This document shows positions 1-8,800 of a DNA stretch of 64,000 nucleotides, piece by piece. Source of the stretch: a bacterium. GTDB taxonomy: Bacteria; Zhuqueibacterota; Zhuqueibacteria; Residuimicrobiales; Krinioviventaceae. The notes beneath the pieces are model-generated. The model ran no database searches. It saw only the letters and a list, made by a program, of their open reading frames with translations, and was not told the origin of the DNA. Positions within the stretch are counted from its first letter, which is position 1, and the number at the start of each line of letters is the position of its first letter. A program made the translations under genes and the position numbers. The DNA lies in assembly GCA_963693055.1 (NCBI GenBank), contig OY843751.1:5984001-6048000 (forward strand). The letters are read 5' to 3'.

Positions 1-1
1 T

Positions 2-310
2 GCTCATGTCCTGATAACAAGATTCGGGGATTATTCGACAAGAGACAACTTTCCAATGTTGCTCGGACAGGCATTTGTCGCACTCGAACTATCTGTCCCC
101 AATGATGGCAAGGATGATACACCGATCAATCGCCTTGATAGGGGCCTCTTCGAGGCGGCCTGTGCGATTAACACACTTCGCAACAAACAGGGAACAGGTC
201 ACGGCCGCCCATGGTTGCCCACGGTATCAGATCACGTTGCACGTACTGCGGTGGAGACGATGGGTTTGGTGGCAGAACGGATGCTCAATGTCTTGCAAGG
301 TGCAAAGTAA
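2..310 (+). CDS. Abortive-infection C-terminal (Abi_C-like) domain protein, 5'-truncated by the window
   Basis: The frame is open from position 2 (AHVLITRFGDYSTRDNFPMLLG...). The C-terminal motif LRNKQGTGHGR followed by ARTAV resembles the Abi_C/HEPN-like LRN-x4-HG signature. Confidence 0.62.
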   Translation, partial: AHVLITRFGDYSTRDNFPMLLGQAFVALELSVPNDGKDDTPINRLDRGLFEAACAINTLRNKQGTGHGRPWLPTVSDHVARTAVETMGLVAERMLNVLQGAK

Positions 311-337
311 TGGTATAACCAGGAGATGTAGTCCATT

Positions 338-358
338 CCCCGGCCCTCGTGGCCGGGG
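338..358 (+). terminator. GC-rich hairpin downstream of the Abi_C-like gene
   Basis: CCCCGGCC-ctcgt-GGCCGGGG, a perfect 8-bp stem with no clear U tract. Confidence 0.4.
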
Positions 359-563
359 CCTATCTAAGAAACACCATCATTAATCCCCATTATCACCTTT
401 AAAATTTTTACTAAATCTTTTCTGCCCCAATCCGGATCGTACCACTCCATTTTAACGTATTTATGAAATGTTGATTGAACATGACTGAAATATTCTCCGT
501 CACGATCTTTGTAATACTTTTATTATACCTCCGGGAGGTGCAACACGGTTCCCCCTAAAACGC

Positions 564-587
564 AAAAAGGCCGGATATACCGACCTT
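564..587 (-). terminator. Rho-independent terminator after tRNA-Gln
   Basis: Minus strand reads AAGGTCGG-tatat-CCGGCCTT-TTT. Confidence 0.7.
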
Positions 588-597
588 GTGTATTGTG

Positions 598-668
598 CTG
601 GGGTGCAGGGATTCGAACCCCGGTTCCATGAGCCAGAGTCATGTGTCCTGCCGCTGGACGACACCCCA
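598..668 (-). tRNA. tRNA-Gln(CTG), CCA not encoded
   Basis: Acceptor stem TGGGGTG/CACCCCA, anticodon arm CATGA-CTCTGGC-TCATG, T-loop GGTTCGAATCC. Confidence 0.95.
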
Positions 669-698
669 GTTTGGCTATATTATAAACGAGTTACCGTT

Positions 699-2192
699 TC
701 AACGTGTAATGGCTGTAGCGCCTGCTTTCAGCCGTCTTGTCACCGTTTCTTTGCCAAGGACTACCAACATATCGTAAAGTCCCGGACCTACACCCATGCC
801 GGATACCGCTAACCGTACCGGGTGTATCAGTCGACCTGTACCGGCTTCATTTCGCTCGGTCACCACATGGAGGGCTTTTTCAATCGACTCTTTATCAAAC
901 ACATCTAATTTAACAATTTCATCAACAAATTCAAGTATTAATTTTACTGAATCGTCTTTCCATCTCTTTTTAACCGTTTTTTCATCATAATGTTCCGGAT
1001 CTTTGAAAAAATATTCTCCCAGTACGGCAAACTGGTCCACAAACAACATGCGGGATTTTAACAGATCCACAACTTTAAACAAATATTCTTCAGAGCCATA
1101 ATCCAGTCCCTTTTCAGCCAGTTGAGGTTTTACCTGTTCAACCAGCTCTGCTGTGTCGCGTTGGGTAATGTGCTCGCCGTTTACCCATTCCAGCTTGCGC
1201 AGATCAAAAATAGCCGCAGCCTTGTTTACGCGCTCGAGCGAGAATTCGTTCACCAGTTCTTCTTTGGTGAATATTTGACGTTCATCACCTTCACCGGGAT
1301 TCCAACCCAGCAAGGCTATATAATTTATGATCGTTTCCGGTTCGAATCCTTTTTTCACATAAGATGCCACATCCGGGTCCACTTTGCCCTGCGGCAGATC
1401 GTCGAGCGACTGGATGTCACGTTTGGACATTTTGGATTTGTCCGGATTCAGGATCAGCGGCAGATGCGCCATTTCAGGGGCCTGCCAGCCAAAGCATTCA
1501 TACAGATAGATATGCTTGGGCACACTGCTAAGCCACTCTTCACCACGGATCACATGCGTGATCTCCATCAGGTGATCATCAACTACGTTTGCCAAATGGT
1601 ATGTGGGGAACCCGTCCGATTTGATCAATACCTGGTCATCTACCTGCTCGCTCTTGAAAGAAACCTCGCCACGGATAATATCTTTGAATGTAAAAGTACG
1701 GTCCTCGGGAATCTTTAATCGGATGACATGTGGCGTTTCCGCATCTATCAGTTCCTGTACCTGGGCGTTATCCAGATTCAAGCTGTTGCGCATTTCATTA
1801 CGAATAGAAGCGTCATATTTCAAATGCGGGTTACCGGTGGATTTTCGTTTTTCATCCATTTCTTCCGGCGTATCAAAGGCGATATACGCATGTCCGTTAT
1901 CCAAAAGCTCCTGAGCATATTTTTTGTACAGATCGGTACGCTCGGATTGGAAATAGGGGCCAAAATCTCCGCCGGTTTCGGGACCTTCATCAGGAACCAG
2001 ACCGGCCCAGTTCAAGGCGGAAATCAGGTTTTCGGTTGCACCCTCTACAAAGCGGGTGCGGTCAGTATCTTCTATGCGCAAAATAAAAGTCCCGCCATGT
2101 TTTTTTGCGAACAGATAATTGTACAGTGCTGTTCGCAGTCCACCGATGTGAACAAAACCTGTGGGACTCGGCGCGAATCTCGTTCTTGTCAT
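699..2192 (-). CDS. gltX: Glutamate--tRNA ligase
   Basis: RTRFAPSPTG, HIGG (HIGH), LRIEDTD and KMSKR motifs. Confidence 0.97.
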   Translation of the reverse strand: MTRTRFAPSPTGFVHIGGLRTALYNYLFAKKHGGTFILRIEDTDRTRFVEGATENLISALNWAGLVPDEGPETGGDFGPYFQSERTDLYKKYAQELLDNGHAYIAFDTPEEMDEKRKSTGNPHLKYDASIRNEMRNSLNLDNAQVQELIDAETPHVIRLKIPEDRTFTFKDIIRGEVSFKSEQVDDQVLIKSDGFPTYHLANVVDDHLMEITHVIRGEEWLSSVPKHIYLYECFGWQAPEMAHLPLILNPDKSKMSKRDIQSLDDLPQGKVDPDVASYVKKGFEPETIINYIALLGWNPGEGDERQIFTKEELVNEFSLERVNKAAAIFDLRKLEWVNGEHITQRDTAELVEQVKPQLAEKGLDYGSEEYLFKVVDLLKSRMLFVDQFAVLGEYFFKDPEHYDEKTVKKRWKDDSVKLILEFVDEIVKLDVFDKESIEKALHVVTERNEAGTGRLIHPVRLAVSGMGVGPGLYDMLVVLGKETVTRRLKAGATAITR

Positions 2193-2195
2193 AAC

Positions 2196-2585
2196 TTATT
2201 CTTTGTTATCTTGATCCAAAATATATGTTTGGGAAACAACGTCCAGATCTTTATCCAGCTGTTCGGCTTCAATGGTAAAGCCGCCAACCATACGTGAAAA
2301 AATATTATACAACGATGAAAATATCAAAGCGCTTATGGTATAAAAAAAGGCAAAACTGATTGTTCCTCCAAAAATAATGAGGATCGCCAACAATCCGCTT
2401 GCCGGTAGCATGGGTGTTATGTCTTCTCCGCCAATAGCACCCATAAAACTGCTCATAACCATAATAAATCCGGCGTAAAGCAAGCTGAAAAGGAATCCGA
2501 GAATCAAAGATAATAAAAAGACAATTTTAACAACAGACCATATTTCCAAGCGTTTGATTAAAATTCTCATATCTTTTTTTCCCAT
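2196..2585 (-). CDS. Small two-TM membrane protein, DUF3566-like
   Basis: IKRLEIWSVVK start, two long hydrophobic segments, YN..SRMVGG end. Confidence 0.6.
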   Translation of the reverse strand: MGKKDMRILIKRLEIWSVVKIVFLLSLILGFLFSLLYAGFIMVMSSFMGAIGGEDITPMLPASGLLAILIIFGGTISFAFFYTISALIFSSLYNIFSRMVGGFTIEAEQLDKDLDVVSQTYILDQDNKE

Positions 2586-2593
2586 CTCTTTAG

Positions 2594-2680
2594 CGGAGAG
2601 AGAGGGATTCGAACCCTCGGTAGGGAAACCCCTACAACGGCTTAGCAGGCCGCCCCATTCGGCCTCTCTGGCATCTCTCC
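2594..2680 (-). tRNA. tRNA-Ser(GCT), CCA not encoded
   Basis: GGAGAGA/TCTCTCC acceptor stem, anticodon loop CTGCTAA, long variable arm, GGTTCGAATCC. Confidence 0.95.
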
Positions 2681-2703
2681 GAATGAGCTTGCTTTACGTC
2701 TAG

Positions 2704-2787
2704 CGGAGGGCGGGAGACTCGAACTCCCAAGGGCGCGAACCCGGCGGTTTTCAAGACCGCTGCCTTACCAATTAGGACTAGCCCTCC
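2704..2787 (-). tRNA. tRNA-Ser(TGA), CCA not encoded
   Basis: GGAGGGC/GCCCTCC acceptor stem, GCGGT-CTTGAAA-ACCGC anticodon arm, long variable arm, G discriminator. Confidence 0.93.
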
Positions 2788-2802
2788 GATTGATAGACAA
2801 TA

Positions 2803-2831
2803 AATGTACAAAATTTATAATTCTTTGTCAA
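2803..2831 (-). promoter_or_regulatory. Sigma70-type promoter for the tRNA-Ser/gltX unit
   Basis: TTGACA-N17-TACATT immediately upstream of tRNA-Ser(TGA). Confidence 0.75.
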
Positions 2832-2865
2832 ATATTTTTTTTACTTTATTGAATTTACCAAAACC

Positions 2866-3969
2866 CTAAAACGATCTGATAAAGTGTTTTCCTATGATCT
2901 GTTTAACAAGATTGCGTAATTCAAGCGATAATAACACACCCAACACCTGCGACGTTGGCAAACCCGCCTTTTCTGACAATCGATCAATGTGCAAGGGCTC
3001 ATTTGACAGCAGATCAAAGATTTTCTTTTCATCTGCTGACAGATCTGGTGGTGCCTGCTGTTGTACGGGTACCGCGCCAACAGAATCATATTCTTCCAGA
3101 ATATCCTGAACGTTTGTGATAAGTTTGGCCCCCTGTTGGATCAGTTGATTACAGCCCGCGCTTTTAGGACTGTTGATGTTACCCGGAACAGCAAACACAT
3201 CACTCCCCTGTTCAATTGCACGGTCAGCCGTTATAAGCGCACCGCTCTTTTTACCGGCTTCTATTACCAGCGTTGCAGAGCATAATCCCGCAATGATACG
3301 GTTTCTTCGCGGAAAATACATGGCTTCCGGCTTGGTGCCCAATGGAAACTCGGATACCAGCAAGCCTTTTTCATAAATAGACTCTGACAGCTTTTTATTT
3401 TCGTACGGATAGATCACATCCACTCCCGAGCCTAAAACCGCTATAGTTGACCCGCCTTCATTCACGGTTGTCTGATGTGCTATGGTATCTACTCCCCTGG
3501 CAAGGCCACTCACCAGTGTAAATCCGTTTCTTACCAGATCGCGTGTGAATGACTCGGTAATCAATTTACCATAAGCACTGGGATGCCGGGTCCCCACAAT
3601 TGCCAGGGATTTCTGTCCCACAGGCAAACCATTCCCCTTGTAATACAACACAATGGGCGCATCCGGAATATTCTTCAAAGATGTCGGATACTCGTCCTGC
3701 CAAAAGGAAACAATCTTGGCATTACGCGTTTTCAAAAGATTGATCTGGTTTTCAATAAAGGAATCGTTCATGTGTTGTTTTATATTTTGGGCAAGCTGCT
3801 TGCTGATGCCTTCTATTTCAACAAGCTCCCGTACAGACGCACCAAACACCTTGTCAGGAGAGCCAAAGTGCGCAACCAAAGCACGTATACGTTTTGAACC
3901 GATACGGGGTACCGTACACAATCTGAACAACGCCTCAAGATACTGCCGGGTATCTCTGGATGTTTTCAT
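2866..3969 (-). CDS. dprA: DNA-processing protein DprA (Smf)
   Basis: IVGTR, VSGLARGVD, FPRRNRIIAGL and EAGKKSGALITA motifs; C-terminal winged helix. Confidence 0.96.
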   Translation of the reverse strand: MKTSRDTRQYLEALFRLCTVPRIGSKRIRALVAHFGSPDKVFGASVRELVEIEGISKQLAQNIKQHMNDSFIENQINLLKTRNAKIVSFWQDEYPTSLKNIPDAPIVLYYKGNGLPVGQKSLAIVGTRHPSAYGKLITESFTRDLVRNGFTLVSGLARGVDTIAHQTTVNEGGSTIAVLGSGVDVIYPYENKKLSESIYEKGLLVSEFPLGTKPEAMYFPRRNRIIAGLCSATLVIEAGKKSGALITADRAIEQGSDVFAVPGNINSPKSAGCNQLIQQGAKLITNVQDILEEYDSVGAVPVQQQAPPDLSADEKKIFDLLSNEPLHIDRLSEKAGLPTSQVLGVLLSLELRNLVKQIIGKHFIRSF

Positions 3970-3974
3970 GTTTA

Positions 3975-4964
3975 TTATTTTTCTGTTTCAGAATTCAACA
4001 TGTCCCACACCATCTGTGTGAGGTCCTGAATATTCTCCCCGGTAACCGAAGATATCATCAATGTTGGTACATTTTTCAACGCTTTATGCGTTAAAGGTTT
4101 AAATGAATCATCTATTAAATCATTTTTTGTATACACAACCATTCTGGGTTTGTTTTCCAATCCCTGGCCATAAGATTCAAGCTCACCCTGCAAGGTTTCA
4201 AAATCTTCTTCAAGGGTTTCTGACGTTGCATCGAGCAAGATCAATAACAAACGGGTACGTTCAATGTGCTTGAGAAACTGGATTCCCAATCCTTTTCCCA
4301 AATGCGCACCTTCAATGAGCCCTGGAATATCTGCGGTAACAAAACTTTGAAAATCCCTTACTTTAACGATTCCCAAATTGGGTGTCAATGTAGTAAAGGG
4401 GTAATCCGCAATTTTGGGTTTAGCTGCAGTTATGCGAGAAAGCAAGGTAGACTTGCCAGCGTTTGGCAGCCCAACGAATCCTACATCGGCCAACAGCTTT
4501 AATTCAAGCGCAAGATTTTTATCTTCTCCTTTGCCGCCTTCTTCACAAACCCGAGGGGTTTGATTGGTAGGAGATTTGAAACGGGCATTTCCTCTTCCGC
4601 CTCTTCCTCCCTGAGCAACAATCGCCTGCTGACCATTATCAACCATATCGGCAATAATTACATTTTCATCAACATCATATACAACGGTTCCAACCGGTAC
4701 TTTGATAATACAGTCTTTACCGCCCTTGCCGGTTTTGTTGGATCCCTGTCCATGACCGCCACGCTCACCTTTATAGTCACGCTGATAGCGAAAATCCATC
4801 AACGTATGAATATAAGAATCGGCTAAAAATATAATATTTCCACCCTTGCCGCCGTCTCCACCACTGGGACCGCCTTTGGGTACATATTTTTCACGACGGA
4901 ACGCAACACATCCATCTCCGCCATCTCCGGCTTTAACATGTATTTTTGCAGAATCTATAAACAT
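3975..4964 (-). CDS. obgE: GTPase ObgE/CgtA
   Basis: Gly-rich Obg fold (FRREKYVPKGGPSGGDGG), GLPNAGKST, DYPFTT, DIPG, TKND. Confidence 0.97.
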   Translation of the reverse strand: MFIDSAKIHVKAGDGGDGCVAFRREKYVPKGGPSGGDGGKGGNIIFLADSYIHTLMDFRYQRDYKGERGGHGQGSNKTGKGGKDCIIKVPVGTVVYDVDENVIIADMVDNGQQAIVAQGGRGGRGNARFKSPTNQTPRVCEEGGKGEDKNLALELKLLADVGFVGLPNAGKSTLLSRITAAKPKIADYPFTTLTPNLGIVKVRDFQSFVTADIPGLIEGAHLGKGLGIQFLKHIERTRLLLILLDATSETLEEDFETLQGELESYGQGLENKPRMVVYTKNDLIDDSFKPLTHKALKNVPTLMISSVTGENIQDLTQMVWDMLNSETEK

Positions 4965-5015
4965 AAATAAAAAGGATTCAATTTTAAAAGGTGAATGACT
5001 AACCCCCTGTGTGGA

Positions 5016-5693
5016 TTAACCATCATAAGTAATGGCATGGAGTTTTCTTTTTTGTTTCGAGTCCAAATCAAGACGTTTAAGCGCGCGACGTAAACCAAAC
5101 CAGCCAATCTTTACAAATCCATATTGAGATGTATTTAACAAGCGTACAATTTGAACGGTGCTTGCATCCGGCTCTGCTGCAACGATTCTTTGAATCTTTT
5201 CGTCTATTGACAAATTGGCAGCCTGTGAAGGACGTTTGGTCTCGGTTTGTACCGGAGGAATATCCTGCTGAACCGGTTTGCTTTCCGGCTGTGGTTCGGG
5301 CTTGCTTTTCTTGGGTTCTGAAACGGAACCCACAAGATTTTTTTCAAAATCCGCAACAGCATCCTGAATGCTGTCAAATGCTTTTAATATATGATGAAAT
5401 TCAAGTAATTCAAAGACTTCATAAACTTCGGGTACCATATTAACCAGCTTTAAATCGCCGCTTTTTTCACGAATACCTTTAATCTCGCTGATAAAAATAC
5501 CCCAACCCGCACTACTTACATAATCAACTCTGCCAAGGTCAATGACGATCATATAAGAACCGGCTTTGATCAAACCGTTTAATGCGTGTTCCAATTCGGC
5601 TGATGTGGTTGTGTCAATGTATCCGCCAACCTTAATAACAGATATGCTGTTGTTTGTTCCAGCCCTGTCAACAGACAACTGAATACCTTCCAT
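5016..5693 (-). CDS. STAS anti-anti-sigma factor (RsbV/SpoIIAA-like) with Pro-rich linker and C-terminal HTH-like domain
   Basis: GYIDTTTSAELE...IDLGRVDYVSSAGWG (phospho-acceptor Ser region) and VYEVFELL; an extra ~110-aa C-terminal extension. Confidence 0.88.
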   Translation of the reverse strand: MEGIQLSVDRAGTNNSISVIKVGGYIDTTTSAELEHALNGLIKAGSYMIVIDLGRVDYVSSAGWGIFISEIKGIREKSGDLKLVNMVPEVYEVFELLEFHHILKAFDSIQDAVADFEKNLVGSVSEPKKSKPEPQPESKPVQQDIPPVQTETKRPSQAANLSIDEKIQRIVAAEPDASTVQIVRLLNTSQYGFVKIGWFGLRRALKRLDLDSKQKRKLHAITYDG

Positions 5694-5761
5694 TTAAATA
5701 TATCTCCGTATAAACCCCTATTATCTTTTATTTCACGCCCTGTAAACTGCGGGCATCATAT

Positions 5762-5790
5762 AATATAGGAGTTCACTTTACCAATGTCAA
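5762..5790 (-). promoter_or_regulatory. Sigma70-type internal promoter upstream of the STAS gene
   Basis: TTGACA-N17-TATATT; CGGAGA Shine-Dalgarno upstream of the ATG at 5693. Confidence 0.7.
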
Positions 5791-5819
5791 CATCTATTTA
5801 ATTAGTACAGTATATTTAG

Positions 5820-8800
5820 CTAAACCATTTTATTCAAGTATTTTTTGGCGCGTTCGATACTTTTTTTAATATCTATACGTTCGGGAGATATAGTTAACAA
5901 CTTTTCCCATTGTTGTATAGCTTTACTCAAATTTCCCTGATTTGCGTAAACAACACCAAGATTTTCACATGCCTGAATATTATTTTCATTAATTTGCAGT
6001 ACCTGTTCATATTCCACAGCTGCCTTGGAATATTGTTTATTGTGAAAATAAGCATTACCCAAATATCCGTGTACCTTGTAATCTTGAGGATGTTTTTTCT
6101 TTAATTCTAGAAACACTTGAATGGCTTCGGTATATTCCTCTTTTTCGTACAACTTTATCGCTTTGGTCATTAATTTATCTCTGAACAACTGGTCTTTTTC
6201 ATGCTGCACATTTGGATTTTGCGGACTGCTAGATGCCGTATAAGATGCCGAACCATCGTCTTTATCATCTTTACCAGCCAGTTCAATCAACTCTTCAAAA
6301 GACATCTTGTTCTCTTCCGGGCCAGCGGATTGAACTGCACCTGTACGGGTTTCGGGTTTCATTTCTTTGATTTCCCAGATATCATCATAAGAAATGGAAA
6401 AATCAAAATCGTCTTTAACATCTTCCCAGTTTACTGTCTCTGCGTCACTCTGGTCATCATGCTCTGCTTTTACCAGATCATCAAAAGGTTGAACCGCCGG
6501 AGGTGTCTGATCATAACTACTTTCAGAAATAACATCTGCTTCTTCAACATTATGCTGATCATAAAATGACTTTTGCTCTGGAGTTTCCTGTTCTTCAATT
6601 AGCGTATCATTCGAATCTAGCATGTCTATCAGATCTCTCTCTTCCTGCTCTACATCCCTGGGTTTGTATTTTCCCTCTACACCCAAATCTGTTACATCAG
6701 GTTCTTCTTCCAGATTGTGTATTTCAATTAAAGGGTTGTTTGTATCTATTAATAATGTTTCATCATCCTCGTCTCCCAACACAATGTCAGCAGGAGATAA
6801 ATTCTCGTCCGATGCTTGAATATTATCTTCATAATGCTCAAGTACCTGATCATCTATGGAATCCATTGAATCGTCGGAAATGGATTCAAAAACCTGCTCA
6901 TCTAATTGGGGTTGCTCAAACTGCTCTGGTTCTGATGCATCTTTAAAGGGATGTGTTATAGCATCTGTATGATCAACCTGACTATCCATTTCAGGATCAT
7001 AAATATCCATTACATCAAAACGGTTCTCTTTGATTTCAGAATCCTCAGGTTGTGTTTCTTCCTGAACAAAGAAATCATTAGTTACCAGATCATTTTCTTC
7101 AATGGGTTCTTCTTTTACAAACAGACTTTCATCATCAACTTCTTCTACATCTGCAAATATATCAATTTCATCGTCTATTTGTGATTCGGTCGTTGCTTCT
7201 GTTTGATGAATAAATCCTGCTTCCGGTTCTTCCGCTTCAGCGTCCTGTTCTTTTTCAGTTTCGGTTTCGGTTTTCTGAACCAGAGGATCTGTATCTTCAT
7301 CATGATCAAACATGAACTCATCAAACGCACTGGAAGATTCAGTCTCTTCTTCAGGAAAAGAAAACATAGACTCGTCAATATCTACTGTCAAAGAGTCTAC
7401 CGGATCCGGTTCATCATCCTGTTCAATTTGCTCGTCAAGTGAAGATTCCTGCTCCGGCTCCTCTTTATTTTCCGCAACAGGTTGCTCGGCAGGTGTTTCA
7501 ACCTCTAATTCTACTGTGTCTTTTGTTGCAAAAATATTTTCCAGACTCTCGTCGTCGGTATCATCAGCAAGTGTTTCAACAATGTCAGATTCTTTTTCAA
7601 GATCATCAACTGTCAAGAGTTCCGGTTCTTTGTTCCCATCCTCCAAAACAGTTTCTGAGGTGTGTGCGGCCTCTTCCATCTCGGATTCAAATTGTTCCTG
7701 GATCTCTTCCGGTTCTTCAACAGACAACAATTCTCGGTGAGAATCACCGAAAATTGATTCCATAAAATCCGGTTCTTCAACCGAATCATCAATAACGGTT
7801 TCGTGTTCAGGTGTTTCCTGGCCGGGTTCAGAGACATGAGATTCTATATCATCAGAGCCCATGAGATCTGTTTCGAGATCAATTGACTCTATATCCTCGG
7901 TCTCATTAGATTCTGTGTCAGACACCATCTTTAAAGCATCGCTTTCTCTGTTGTCATCAGAGGTGTCATTTGATACACTCAATTCTTCCTGATTAAGGGA
8001 TTCCGATACCTCTGGCGCCTGTGTTAATTCAGATTCCATTTCATTAAATGTTTCATCTACATCAAAACTAAAATCGGTAAGATCTTCAAACGTCAGTACA
8101 TCCTCTAAAGGCATTTCTTCTATTTGAATGGGCTCATGAGTTTCTTCAACAGCAGAATCCAGTTCCTGTCCTTCCGCTGAATCGACTGTTTCCGTTTCCT
8201 GTTCCAGATTTTGAAGAATTTCTTCTTCCTGTGGTTTTTCATCATTAAATATATCACCAGTGGTAATCACTTCCTGATGTCTTTCAGTTTCCACTGGCTC
8301 AGGCAGTTCAAACCGGGGTTCAGGTTTGGGTTTATTGACAATAATTTTTCCATCAATTGTCAACATGGGTGTACCGGGGGGTTTCATTCTTTTTTGGCGA
8401 TTGCCCCTTGCAATAAAACCCTCGCGCAGCTTTTTTGTATTTAAACGTGAACTGACCAATTCATCATAAATTTTTGCAGGACTAATTACCGTATTTTCAT
8501 AATGTTCCGAATTCAATTCCTCACTGATACGTTTGGCGCCAAATTCAGGGAATCTTTTTATTACATCATAAATCTTGGTTTTTTCTTCAATACTGAGTTG
8601 TTTAACTTCAAATTCTTCACTGGGCTCGTCTGCTAAAACATCGTCCAATTCATTCTCTTCAAATCTGGTTTTGTACTTGTTGTAATAAGAATAGGTGGAA
8701 ATACCGGCTTCTTTACAGGCCTGTTTTACGGATTTACCATTCTGTATCGCCATATACGCATCTTTGGCGCGTTTGAGTTCCAGTTTTTCCGCCGATGTTT

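Noticed and set aside
8400-8770. IS481-family insertion sequence inside the phosphatase gene
   Set aside because: Only an HTH-like part is present, in frame. No DDE/integrase core, terminal inverted repeats or target duplication were seen.
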